A DNA stretch of 64,000 bases from Spirochaetia bacterium. GTDB taxonomy: Bacteria > Spirochaetota > Spirochaetia > SZUA-6 > Bin103. Every line of letters begins with the position of its first letter. Within the stretch, counting starts at the first letter, position 1. Shown one piece after another: positions 27,966 to 39,094 of the stretch. The notes beneath the pieces are model-generated. The model worked only from the letters and a program-made list of their open reading frames with translations. It made no database searches and was not told the origin of the DNA. Location: contig CBDBOV010000002.1 of NCBI GenBank assembly GCA_965208575.1, positions 256,001-320,000 on the forward strand, given 5' to 3'. A program made the translations under genes and the position numbers.

Positions 27966-30785
27966 GTGAGTGCAACAAGCCTCTCCGAGGCCGGCACCCT
28001 CGTTCGGGCGCGAGCGCGCGAATGGGTGGTGCTGCCCGACTCGACCGACGAACTGCTGATGCTCCGGCCCGTGGGCGGGCTCGACGAGGAGATTACCGGA
28101 GTCCTGCCGGCGGTGGAACCGGTCGAGTCGGCTACGTTCCGGCTCCCGAGCCGGGAGGACCTCGGCGACTTCACCTCGGGCCGCCTGCTGCGCGACGCGG
28201 CCCGCCTGTCCACCCGCGCCGCCGCCGGACCGTTTCGCAGCTTCGGGCGCATCGCCGTGGAGCCCCGGCCTTATCAACTGGTGCCCCTGATGATGGCGCT
28301 GCGGCTCGACCCGGTGCGCATGCTGATCGCCGACGACGTAGGCATCGGCAAGACCATCGAAGCGTGTCTCATCGCCCGCGAGCTGCTCGACCGGGGCGAA
28401 ATCCGCCGCCTGACGGTGCTCTGTCCCCCGCCCCTTGCCGAGCAGTGGCAGCGGGAGCTGGCGGAGAAGTTCCACATCGAGGCGGAGCTGGTCCTGTCGA
28501 GCACCATCCAGCGTCTGGAGCGCGACCTGAACATCGACGAGTCGGTCTTCGAGCGGCATGCCTTCACCGTCGTTTCGACCGACTTCATCAAGCAGCCCCG
28601 GCGTGCCGAGGACTTCGCGCATCGCTGTCCCGAGTTTGTCATCGTTGACGAGGCCCACGGCTGCACACTGGCTGCCGGCGCGGGCCGCGGCCGCCAACAG
28701 CGACATGACCTGTTGCGCCGCGTGACCGCGGACCCCGAGCGCCACGTCCTGCTGGTCACGGCAACGCCGCACAGCGGCAACGAGGACGCGTTTCGCTCCC
28801 TGCTGAGTCTGCTTGACGAGGAGTTCGCCGGCCTGCCGGCAGACCTGGACCGCACCGGGCGCGAGGGCGTCCGCCGCCGGCTCGCGCGTCACCTCGTGCA
28901 GCGCCGCCGCGCCGACATTCGTCGCTACCTCGAGACCGACACGGAGTTCCCGAAGCGCAGGGACAAGGAGGCTACCTACGGTTTCAGTCCGACGTATCGG
29001 AAGCTGTTCGACGACATCCTGGCCTTTGCGCGGGAGTACGTGGCGGTGGACGGCGAACAGCGTCGGCGGCGGGTGCGCTACTGGTCGGCGTTGGCCCTGC
29101 TGCGGTGCGTGTCATCCAGTCCTGCCGCCGCCGCGGCGACCCTGCGCAGCCGCACGGCTGCCGAGGGGGCCGACGAGGCCGACGTGGATGAGGTAGGCCG
29201 CCGCACGGTGCTCGACCAGTCCGACGACGATGACGCGGTGGCGCCGGACTTCAGCCCCGGCTCGGACACCGAACACAGTCCGCAAACGATGCGCCGCCGC
29301 CTGCTGGAGTTCGCGCGTCGCGCGGAGGCCATCGACCATGCCGCGGATCGTAAGCTGCAAGGTGCTGTCCGCGAGATCAAGGCGCTCCTGAAGGATGGGT
29401 TTCATCCGGTCGTTTTTTGCCGCTTCATCGATACGGCGGAGTACGTCGCCCGTCATCTGCGCGAAGTGCTCTCCCGCACGACGGTGCAAGCGGTGACCGG
29501 CTTGCTCCCCCCTGCCGAGCGTGAGGCCCGCATCCAGTCACTCGTCGACGAGGGAGGGCGGTTCGTCCTGGTCTGCACCGACTGCCTCTCCGAGGGCATC
29601 AATCTGCAAGAACACTTCGATGCCGTCCTCCATTACGACTTGGCGTGGAACCCCACTCGCCACGAGCAGCGCGAAGGCCGGGTGGATCGGTTCGGGCAAC
29701 GCGCGCCCGAGGTGCGCGTGGTTACCTACTTCGGCACCGACAACCCGATCGACGGCGTGATCCTCGATGTCCTGATCCGCAAACACAAGAGCATCAAGAG
29801 CGATCTCGGGGTGACCGTGGCGGTTCCCGGCTCCAGCGAGCGGATCGCGGAGGCGCTGTTCGAAGGGGCGCTGTTCCGCGATCAGGAAGGCGCGCAGCAG
29901 CTCACTCTCGATTTCATTGACGAGTACGATGCGCAAAAGCAGAAGCTGCACGACGAGTGGGAGGACGCCCGCGACCGCGAGCGGGAGAGCCGCTCCCGCT
30001 TTGCCCACCACACGATCAATCCTCAGGCGGTAGCCGACGAGCTGGCCGACGTGCGCGAGGCTATCGGCGGTAGCGCGGACGTGACCCGATTCTTTGCCGA
30101 TGTGCTTCGGACGGCCAACGTGCCGATCCAGCTCAACGGGAAGGCAGAGGTCCACATCAGCAACGAAACGCCGCGTACGCTACGCCAGGCGATCGGTCGC
30201 GACGAGCCGTTTGCGGGGCGCTTCGACCTGCCGCTCCAGGAGGACGAGATTTACCTCGGACGTACGAGCCCGATGATCGAAGGCTTGGCGAGTTGGACGC
30301 TCGATCAGGCGCTCGACCCGGAGTCTCGCGATATCGGGCCCGTGGCAGCGCGCTGCGGGGCGACCTTCACCTCTGCAGTGGACACGCGTACTACGCTGCT
30401 GGTCACGCGCTTCCGTTACCACCTGAGAACCGGTGGAACCGGCGGCGAGACGATTCTGTGCGAAGAGATCGTACCGCTGGCGTGCACCGGTCCGTCGGCG
30501 GCGCCGGACTGGCTGGCGCCGGATGACAGCGAGCGCCTCATGGCTGCCCGGCCAGAACGCAATCTCCTCCGGACGGCAATCGATCAGCAACTCAACGTGT
30601 TGCTACCTTCGCTGCCGACCTTTCAGGAGCGTCTGGAGAACATCGCGACCCAACGTGCGAACGCGCAACTGGACGCGCACCGGCGCGTACGCACGGCGAG
30701 CAGGACGCGAGGCCGCATCGCCATCGAGCCGGCGCTCCCGGTGGATATCCTTGCCGCCTACGTTCTGTTGCCGAGGTTGGACTGA
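27966..30785 (+). CDS. SNF2-family helicase (DrmD-like)
   Basis: GTLVRARAREWVV N-terminus, LIADDVGIGKT, DEAH, TATPHSG, SEGINLQ, WNPTRHEQREGRVDRFGQ. Confidence 0.9.
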   Translation: MSATSLSEAGTLVRARAREWVVLPDSTDELLMLRPVGGLDEEITGVLPAVEPVESATFRLPSREDLGDFTSGRLLRDAARLSTRAAAGPFRSFGRIAVEPRPYQLVPLMMALRLDPVRMLIADDVGIGKTIEACLIARELLDRGEIRRLTVLCPPPLAEQWQRELAEKFHIEAELVLSSTIQRLERDLNIDESVFERHAFTVVSTDFIKQPRRAEDFAHRCPEFVIVDEAHGCTLAAGAGRGRQQRHDLLRRVTADPERHVLLVTATPHSGNEDAFRSLLSLLDEEFAGLPADLDRTGREGVRRRLARHLVQRRRADIRRYLETDTEFPKRRDKEATYGFSPTYRKLFDDILAFAREYVAVDGEQRRRRVRYWSALALLRCVSSSPAAAAATLRSRTAAEGADEADVDEVGRRTVLDQSDDDDAVAPDFSPGSDTEHSPQTMRRRLLEFARRAEAIDHAADRKLQGAVREIKALLKDGFHPVVFCRFIDTAEYVARHLREVLSRTTVQAVTGLLPPAEREARIQSLVDEGGRFVLVCTDCLSEGINLQEHFDAVLHYDLAWNPTRHEQREGRVDRFGQRAPEVRVVTYFGTDNPIDGVILDVLIRKHKSIKSDLGVTVAVPGSSERIAEALFEGALFRDQEGAQQLTLDFIDEYDAQKQKLHDEWEDARDRERESRSRFAHHTINPQAVADELADVREAIGGSADVTRFFADVLRTANVPIQLNGKAEVHISNETPRTLRQAIGRDEPFAGRFDLPLQEDEIYLGRTSPMIEGLASWTLDQALDPESRDIGPVAARCGATFTSAVDTRTTLLVTRFRYHLRTGGTGGETILCEEIVPLACTGPSAAPDWLAPDDSERLMAARPERNLLRTAIDQQLNVLLPSLPTFQERLENIATQRANAQLDAHRRVRTASRTRGRIAIEPALPVDILAAYVLLPRLD

Positions 30786-30786
30786 C

Positions 30787-33700
30787 GTGGCGCGGCGCAC
30801 GCAAGACTTCCAGACCATCCGCTCCGAGGGCGGCCTGCTGCCACTGGACCTGTTGCGGCGAGTGCTGGACCCGCATTCCGGCTTGCCGGGGACCATGGCG
30901 GAAGACTACCACCTGGCTCCTGGGGAACGGCTGAACGAGATCATCACCCAATCCTGGAACCGCCTTGCGAAGCATTGGGACGAGTTTCGCCAGGCTACGG
31001 CGAATCTGCCCACGGGTGCCGCGGGGACTGGCCTTACCAACGACAAGTGGAGTCTGCCACTGCTGCGCGAGTTGGGATTCGGTTTCCTGCCGGTGACCGC
31101 CGGGCCCGAGCTGGATGGCCGCACCTTTCCCATCGGACGTTTCTCCGGTCCGGTCCCGATTCATCTGGTAGGCTGCGGTCTGTCGCTTGATCGCCGAGCC
31201 GCCGGGCAACGCGGTGCGGCGGCGGCAAACCCGCACGGCCTCGTACAGGAGTTCCTCAACCGCAGCGACGCGCACCTGTGGGCGATCGTGTCGAACGGGC
31301 TGCGCCTGCGCGTGTTGCGCGACAACCAGGCGCTCTCGCGGCAATCGTTTCTCGACTTCGATCTCGAAGCGATGTTCTCGGGCGAGGTCTATTCCGACTT
31401 CGTGCTCTTGTGGTTGGTGGCGCATGCAACCCGCTTCATGCCCCGCGACGGCGATCGTCCGGAGACCTGCCGGCTGGAGCAATGGACTCAAGAGGCGGAG
31501 AGGATCGGAACTCGTGCTCTCGAGGGGTTGCGCGGCGGGGTCGAGCGCGCACTTGCCCATCTCGGCGCCGGCTTCACCAGCCATCCCAATAACGAGGTTC
31601 TGCGCGAAGCGTTGCGCACCGGATCGCTCACCCCGACCGGCCTCCACGAGCAGCTCCTGCGGGTCGTATACCGGCTGATCTTCCTGTTTGTGGCGGAGGA
31701 CCGCACCCTCGACGGGCGGTCGCTGCTGCATCCGCCGGACGACTCCGCCGCGGCACGGATCGCACGCGAGCGCTACGCCGAGCATTACGGCACCGCCCGG
31801 CTGCGGCGACTGGCGGGACGGATCAAGGGCTCGCGTCACGGCGACCTCTGGCGCCAATTCCGGTCTCTCGTCGCACCGCTCTCGGGGGATCGGAGGTCGG
31901 CGACGATCCGCCGGCGCTTGGCGCTCCCCGAACTGGGCAGCTTTCTCTGGGATCCGGCATCGACTGCCGCGTTGAACGACACCGAGCTGACCAACTACGA
32001 CTTTCTCGAAACTCTGCGGCACCTCGCCTATACCCGGCAGGACAAGATGCTCCGTCCGGTGGACTACCACAATCTCGGCGCCGAGGAACTGGGCGGCGTG
32101 TACGAGAGCCTGCTCGCGCTCACGCCGCAAGTGAACGGAGGCGGCGGACACTTCTCCTTCGCCGAGTTCACCGGCAACCGGCGCAAGACGTCAGGTTCCT
32201 ATTACACCCCTGATGCGCTGGTGCAGTGCCTGCTGGACTCCGCTCTCGATCCGGTAGTCGAGGCTGCCGTGGCGGGCAGGACCGGTGCCGAAGCGGAACA
32301 GGCGATACTCGACCTAAAGGTATGCGATCCGGCGGTGGGGTCAGGTCACTTCCTGGTTGGCGCCGCGCACCGGCTTGCCCGCCACCTGGCCCGCATCCGC
32401 GCCTACGCGGCCGGCGAGAGCGAGCCGTCGCCGCTGCTCTACCAGCGCGCGTTGCGCGACGTGATCGGGCGCTGCCTGTACGGCGTGGACGTGAACCCGA
32501 TGGCCGCCGAGCTGTGCCGCGTGGGCCTGTGGCTCGAAGCGCTGGAGCCGGGCAAGCCGCTGTCCTTCCTCGACCGCCACATCCGCGTCGGCAACAGCCT
32601 GCTCGGGGCCACGCCGGAGTTGATCGCCGCCGGCCTGCCAGACGCGGCGTTCAAGCCGATCCAGGGGGACGACAAGAACGTCTGCTCAGCATTTAGGAAA
32701 CGGAACAAGACCGAACGCGAGCACGGCCAACACGACCTGGGCTTCATTGCCGAGTCTGGCGAGGAGTACGACTCGCTGGTCTCGCGCAGCCGCAGCATCG
32801 ACCACGGGCCCGATGAAATCCTGGAGGAAGTACACACCAAGGAGGCTCAGTTCCGGCGCCTGCAAGAGTCCGTGGACTACCGGGACGCTCAACAGATTGC
32901 GGATGTATGGTGCGCGGCATTCGTCTGGCCCAAGCGACCGGGCGTGGTCGACGCACCGACTACGGACACGCTACGCCGCCTCCGCGAAGGTGCCGAGGCG
33001 TTGGCCCCAGCACAACGTGAAGAGATGGAACGGATCGTGGGCCGCTACCAGTTCTTCCACTGGGATCTCGCATTCCCCGAGGTGTTCGCCGCCGGCGGCT
33101 TCGACTGCGTGCTCGGCAACCCACCGTGGGAGCGGGTGAAACTCGTGGAGAAGGAGTGGTTCGCAGAACGCAACTCCGAGATCGCGAATGCCCCGAACGC
33201 CGCCGCGCGCAAGCGGATGATCGGTGACCTGCAACACCAGTTCCCGGAGCTGCACGCCGGCTTCGCGGCAGCACTGCGCGAGAGCAATGGGACCAGCCGC
33301 CTGCTACGCGACAGCGGCCGTTATCCATTCTGCGGACGCGGTGACATCAACCTCTACGCGGTGTTCGCCGAGGCGATGCGGAGCATCGTAAACGAGCGCG
33401 GTCGCGCTGGCTGCGTACTCCCGACTGGGGTCGCCACCGACGATACTACCAAGTTCTTCTTCCAGGACGTCGTAGAAAAGCGGTCGCTGGTTAGTCTCTT
33501 CGATTTCGAGAACAGGAGAGGATTGTTTCCTGACGTGGACAGCCGGATGAAGTTCTGTCTCTTCACCGCTGGAAGCGGAGCCACGCCGACAAGTGAACGC
33601 GCAGAGTTCGTGTTCTTCGCCCATGCCGTCGACGAGTTATTCGACTCTGAACGCCGGTTCACGCTCTCCCCGGATGAGATCACTCTGCTCAACCCCAACA

Positions 33701-35909
33701 CCCATACCTGTCCTATCTTCCGGTCGCGCAAGGACGCCGAGCTGACCAAGGCGATCTACCGCCGCGTTCCGGTGCTCGTTCGCAATGCCCGAGACGCTCG
33801 ACCAGAACGGAATCCCTGGGGCATACGGTTCAACCGGATGTTTGACATGTCCAACGACTCGAGCATTTTAAGAAGAGGGAGGAACTTGAAGCCGACGGCT
33901 GGAGCCTCGAAGGAAGCGTATTCCACAGGGACGGGGAGGAATGCCTGCCGCTGTACGAAGCAAAGATGGTCCATCACTTCGATCATCGCTGGGCAAGCTT
34001 CGACGCGTCCGCAAGCGAGGAGGTTGTCGCCGACGTACCACTGGAGCACAAGCGGGACCCTGATTTCAAGGCGATGCCAAGGTATTGGGTGGACGCACGC
34101 GAGGTCTACCTCCGCAGCGCTGACTTGCCGAGGGGCTTGCTGACCGCGCTCCGCAACCGCGATACCTCCATGATAGTGTTGGGCGTCGCCCACCTGCTGT
34201 TCGCTCACCGGTTACGGCAGCCGTTCGACGATCAGGGAAGCGCATCGGAGGGACTATTCGCCGAGTGGATCAGGTTCGCAGAGAACTATCCCTTCGCTCG
34301 CGGTCTGAGACCGACGCAGATGGGATTGTGCGGGAACAATCCCGGCACAATGCCCGCCAACTGGATGGAGTTGGCTGCCGACTCCGGGCGGCAACGGCCG
34401 ACACCGCGTTCTCTTGAGCGTATCGCGCCGGGACCGGAGTTCTTACCGGCGGCACCGCTGGACGAGGTGAATACTGATCCACGCAACATCACACTTTGGT
34501 ACGCAGCCGACGAAGCAGCAGTGTCCGGGACGCTGCAGTACGCCGCTCGGTATCGACATTTGTTCGAACCTATGCCCAAACTGGAGAATGAGGACGACGT
34601 GCTGACCTGCGCCGAGCAGTGGTTGAGACAGACCACCCCGCGCTGGTTGATGGGCGTCCGAGACATCGCCCGGAGCACGGATGAGCGAACCGTCGTTGGC
34701 GGGGTGTTCCCGCTCGCGGCTGTTGGAAACAATCTTCCAGTGTGGAAGGCATCGACGAGCTCTTCGGTGGCTGTGCCCGCGTTGCTGTCGAGTCTTGCTT
34801 GTGACTACGCTGCTCGGCTCAAGGTGGGTGGCACGCACCTGAATTTCTTCATCGCCAAGCAGATCCCAGTCCTTACTCCCTACCTACTCGAACAGCCGGC
34901 ACCTTGGAGCCGCACCGCCGAAACTGTCCGCGACTGGCTGCTTCCCCACATTCTGGAGTTGACGTACACGACCTGGAGCCTCGAACCGTTCGCCTCCGAC
35001 TGTCGATGGAACGGTCCGCCGTTCCGCTGGGATGGGGAGCGCCGCTTCCTGCTGCGCTGCGAGTTGGATGCCGCCTTCTTTCACCTGTACCTGCCGGCGG
35101 ATGAGGACGGTGACTGGCAGCCGCCACGCCAAGTCGGCGGTCATCGTCACACTGAGACGGCCGAGCAACGAGCCGAGCTCACGCGCCACTTCCCCACGCC
35201 GCGGGACGCGGTCGACTACATCATGGACACCTTCCCGATCATCCGCCGCAAGGACGAGTCGCGATACGGGGAGTACCGCACGAAACGTGTCATCCTCGGC
35301 ATCTACGACGCGATGCAGACCGCCGCCGCAACCGGCGAGCCCTACCGAACCGTCCTCGATCCACCGCCCGCCGATCGGAGCTGTTGTCACCCGCCTCGCA
35401 TCGCGGTGCTCGATCTTGCGTCGCTGGCCGATGGCGAGTGGACTAGGCCGGAAGGCGATCGGACTGGTACTGAGGCCGCCGTTCTCGCAGCGGTGTTGAA
35501 AGCGAACGGCGGCCCTGCTCCGATACGTACGGTGCGCCTCACCGCCTTGCTGGCGCTCGAACCGCGGCTGCTCACACCCTCCCTCCCGTCGGAGGATGCG
35601 ATTCACTGGAGACGGTTGATTGGACCCGAGGCAACGGCGCTCGACTCGACCTCGGTGCCACTCCAGCCGCCGGCCAACCATCCGTGGGGCAGCGCCGTGC
35701 AGCAGCTTCGGGGAACGGGACGTCTGATTGAGGACTTGGCGGCCGGAACGTGGGCGCCGGGATCCGGTCTGAACGCGATCCGCACCGATGGATGGCCTGA
35801 CGGACGCGTGAACATGGTGCTGCAAACCCTGCTCCGTCGCGACGCCGAGCAGATCGTTCGCACGCTTCCCGCGAACGTTCGCAACTGGGTCAATGCCGAA
35901 GCAGCTTGA
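30787..35909 (+). CDS. Type IIG/Eco57I-like N6-adenine DNA methyltransferase-(endonuclease), DrmMI-like; apparent 1-nt frameshift near 33862-33870
   Basis: RRKTSGSYYTP, DPAVGSGHFL (motif I), GNPPW (motif IV), CPIFRS. After NDS the expected FKKREELEADGW...LPLYEAKMVHHFDHRW continues in another frame into ORF 33966-35909 (STDERT, ELDAAFFHLY, GEYRTKRVIL). Confidence 0.85.
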
Positions 35910-37863
35910 ACTGCTGGAGCGCCCGGGTCTGGAAATCCGACCGGGGACGGGCCGCTCCGAGCCACGACTGTGGGTACGCCGTCTCGTCATCTGGAGCGAG
36001 CCGGGCGTCGTGCTCCGCGAGATCCGTCTGCGCCCCGGCCTCAACATCATCTGGGCGCCCGACCTCGCCGACCGCCCCGGTGGGTTGGAGGAACACGCTC
36101 CACCGGGGCACGGGAGTGGTAAGACACTGTTCTGTCGCCTGCTCCGTTACTGCCTCGGCGAGCACCGAGTCGCTCCTGACGATCAGCGTGAGAAGATCGT
36201 CGCTGCGTTCCCCAACGGGCTGGTCGGTGCCGAGATCATGGTCGACGGTACGCAGTGGGCCGTAGTGCGCCCTATCGGATCCACCAGGAAGCACTTTGCC
36301 GTCCGGGACTCCGCGGTCGATGCGATAAACACGGACGCCATCCCGACGGGCATGGATCCATTTCTTGAGGCCGTAACGACCGGTTTTCTGTCGAACGACA
36401 TAGCGGGGCTGGTTCCGGTCGGCGACCGGCAGAGTGCATGGCTGGTCGCGCTCGCCTGGCTTGCTCGTGATCAGGAATGCCGCTTCGACAAGCCCCTGGA
36501 TTGGCGCTCGGCGGACTCCGACTCCGGCTCTCCCACACGCGGGCTCTCGGTCCAGCAACATCTGGATGCCATGCGTGCATTGGTCGGCGCGCTCGATCCC
36601 GAAGAGACCAGGCTCAACGCGGAAATACGCAGAATTGCGACCCAACGGGACCAGGCTGATCGAGAAGCGACCCAACGAACGAGAGAAGCCGAGCGGCTGC
36701 GGACACGCCTCACCACGGAACTTGGCCAAGGAGCGGATGATCTGCCACCGGCCCGAATGGCCATCGAGCCGCTTCGGAAGGAGGCGATCCACCAGTTGGC
36801 CAAGGTGTCTCAGGTTGATTCCACGGACAGTCTCTTGGACATTGAGCGATTGAGATCGGAGGCCGATGAAGCCGGCGTGCGTGTGGAGGATCTGAAAAGG
36901 AGACTGGCCGTGCTCGACGCACGTATCCCGGAGATGGAGAGGCTCATCGCTCTCATCAAGGGAGAATTCCCCGTAGCCTCATTTCGCACAGTGGCGGCGG
37001 AGCAACCGGTATGTGAGATCTGCGAAGTGCCGATAGACCGCGTGCTTGCCGAGGGCTGCAGACTGTCCCACAAGCTCCCTGATCTCGACGCAGCGAAGCG
37101 TCGGATGGAGCAACTGGAGAAAGCACTCGCCGCAGAATCGAATCGACTCCGGCAATCTTTGGATGAACGAGAAGGGCTCGTCAACGAACTTCATCCGGCG
37201 GAGCAGGATCAAGTGTCTTTGGCCAGAGACCTGCAGGCAGCAGAGCGTGTGCGCGATGCCAGAACTGAGGCATGGTACGAATCGCGGAGACTGATTGACG
37301 ACGTCGACCTACTCGAGAGATTGCTTGTCGAGCGAGAACAGCTCCAGTCCCGGCTCGCGGACCTGGAGCAGATGATCCACGAAAAACGAACCCAAAAGGG
37401 CTCCTTCCGCGACGCGCATACGACAACGTTCAACCGCCTTTCCCGATTCTTCGATGCGATCCTCCGCGAACTGCTCGGGCCGGATGCGAGAGGTCGGATG
37501 TTCCTCGACGGAAACGGCCTCGGACTGTCGGTCGAGTTGGGTGGCGAGCGATCCACCGCCGCCATCGACTCACTCAATGTCATCGCCTTCGACCTCGCCG
37601 CGATGTGCATGAGCATCGAAGGTCGGGCTCACCAACCAGCATTTCTCATCCACGACAGCCCACGCGAAGCCGACCTCGGAATCAGCATCTTCCAACGCCT
37701 GTTCAACGTGGTGCGTAGATTGGAGCTCGAAGGAGAGCAACCTCTATTCCAGTACATCATCACTACCACGACTAGTCCTCCGCAGGGGTTGCAGAAGGAG
37801 CCCTGGACTGCCGCCATTCTCGGCGGAAGTACCCACGAACGGCTGCTTCAGAGAGACCTTTGA
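35893..37863 (+). CDS. SMC/Rad50-like ABC ATPase with central CxxC zinc hook (ABC three-component/Lamassu LmuB-like)
   Basis: GLNIIWA...GHGSGKT Walker A, WLARDQE Q-loop region, coiled coils with CEIC at the apex, FLIHDSPRE Walker B, FQYIITTT. Overlaps the MTase stop by 17 nt. Confidence 0.75.
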   Translation: MPKQLELLERPGLEIRPGTGRSEPRLWVRRLVIWSEPGVVLREIRLRPGLNIIWAPDLADRPGGLEEHAPPGHGSGKTLFCRLLRYCLGEHRVAPDDQREKIVAAFPNGLVGAEIMVDGTQWAVVRPIGSTRKHFAVRDSAVDAINTDAIPTGMDPFLEAVTTGFLSNDIAGLVPVGDRQSAWLVALAWLARDQECRFDKPLDWRSADSDSGSPTRGLSVQQHLDAMRALVGALDPEETRLNAEIRRIATQRDQADREATQRTREAERLRTRLTTELGQGADDLPPARMAIEPLRKEAIHQLAKVSQVDSTDSLLDIERLRSEADEAGVRVEDLKRRLAVLDARIPEMERLIALIKGEFPVASFRTVAAEQPVCEICEVPIDRVLAEGCRLSHKLPDLDAAKRRMEQLEKALAAESNRLRQSLDEREGLVNELHPAEQDQVSLARDLQAAERVRDARTEAWYESRRLIDDVDLLERLLVEREQLQSRLADLEQMIHEKRTQKGSFRDAHTTTFNRLSRFFDAILRELLGPDARGRMFLDGNGLGLSVELGGERSTAAIDSLNVIAFDLAAMCMSIEGRAHQPAFLIHDSPREADLGISIFQRLFNVVRRLELEGEQPLFQYIITTTTSPPQGLQKEPWTAAILGGSTHERLLQRDL

Positions 37864-37978
37864 CGTTCGTGGCAGGATTACATTTGGCGCCGCACACGGC
37901 CGCTCGTCCTCGTATGAAGATCGCGATACCTGCTGAGTCCTGTTGCCGAGCTGATGGAGACACGTCGCCCCACGGCCG

Positions 37979-38725
37979 ATGACTTCCCCGTCCACACACG
38001 AGTTGCAGCGTTCAGCAGCAGGAATGAAAGGGTTCGATGCCGAAGAATTCCATCAAGGTGACCAGGTGCACTTGACGGACAATCAGTCGAAGAATCTCAA
38101 GCGGGCAATTTGCTGTTACAGCTTTCCGTTTGTGACATGCGACTTCAAGAACGGCCAGGAGCGTGTTCACGACAGCATGAACGGTGTCGAGAAAGTGATA
38201 CATGAGCAGTTGACGTCGGGAGACTCAACGATTGTCAAGGACGGGCTCTCGAATGTCCTGTACTGGGGTTACGCCACTGCCGGATACAGACATAACCGTG
38301 TGAGCAAGTTCAGACACGAGGTGTCGGCAACACAATTGAACGCAGTCATCCACCTATTCCACGAACCAATGTCCCTGTGTCCCTCGAAGGTAGCATGCTG
38401 CGGTCTTCCACAATTCTCTAGAGTCTCGTTCATTTCGAAAACGCTGATGTTTCTTGATCCTCGGCGATTTGTGGTTCTTGACACCAAGATCGCATCACTT
38501 CGAAATGTGAGAAGAGGGACGCTATTCGACGACCTGAAGGCATCAACAACCATTCGAGCAACCGGGGGCAACGACTCGGTGTATGAGGCGTGGTGTTGTT
38601 TCTGCGTGCAAGTCGGTGAGGAACTCGGAGTGAGAGCCGTCGATGTCGAGCGTGGGATATTCCAGATGGTGCAATGGGGAATGCGTAAACACGCTGCCGA
38701 CATCTGCACCCGCCACCCGGATTAG
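37979..38725 (+). CDS. Putative HhH/OGG-fold DNA glycosylase-like protein
   Basis: VLYWG, GLPQFSRVSFISKTLMF, VVLD and Y..WC...AVDVERGIF pattern resembles OGG-like HhH proteins; lower GC than the flanks. Confidence 0.5.
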   Translation: MTSPSTHELQRSAAGMKGFDAEEFHQGDQVHLTDNQSKNLKRAICCYSFPFVTCDFKNGQERVHDSMNGVEKVIHEQLTSGDSTIVKDGLSNVLYWGYATAGYRHNRVSKFRHEVSATQLNAVIHLFHEPMSLCPSKVACCGLPQFSRVSFISKTLMFLDPRRFVVLDTKIASLRNVRRGTLFDDLKASTTIRATGGNDSVYEAWCCFCVQVGEELGVRAVDVERGIFQMVQWGMRKHAADICTRHPD

Positions 38726-38826
38726 TTGCCGCGAGGCGCCGCCCGGCATTGACAACCCGGCTTCGGTGTGGGGCATGTAGATTCGCTCCGCTGCGCAAGG
38801 CGGCGTATTACGATTGTCCGGAGAGT

Positions 38827-39070
38827 ATGACGATGTTGAGCTTCGGGTGCCAGAAGCTGGCACAAGCGGCTACCCGCTGGGCGACCGCCCCCGGGCATCG
38901 ACCGTTCGGACCTGTTGCGGGAGGCGCTCCATCGCCATCTGGTCAGCTTCGCGGCAGCGGCGGGAAGTGAGCGCGTACGCCCGGTCGCCGCTCGATGCCG
39001 GCGAGTTCTCGCTGTCCGCAATCGCCGACTGGGGCCCGCCGAGGAGTGGTCCGACTGGGCGGAGGCCACG
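38827..39070 (+). pseudogene. Frameshifted RHH antitoxin (paralogue of 61702-61974)
   Basis: ATGACGATGTTGAGCTT..., GACCTGTTGCGGGAGGCGCTCC and ...AIADWGP-EEWSDW align with 61702-61945, with several indels. Confidence 0.8.
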
Positions 39071-39094
39071 GACCCCACAGAGCAGGACAACGCA

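Noticed and set aside
30433-30786. N-terminal extension of the MTase ORF
   Set aside because: It overlaps the SNF2 gene. GTG 30787 follows the SNF2 stop directly.
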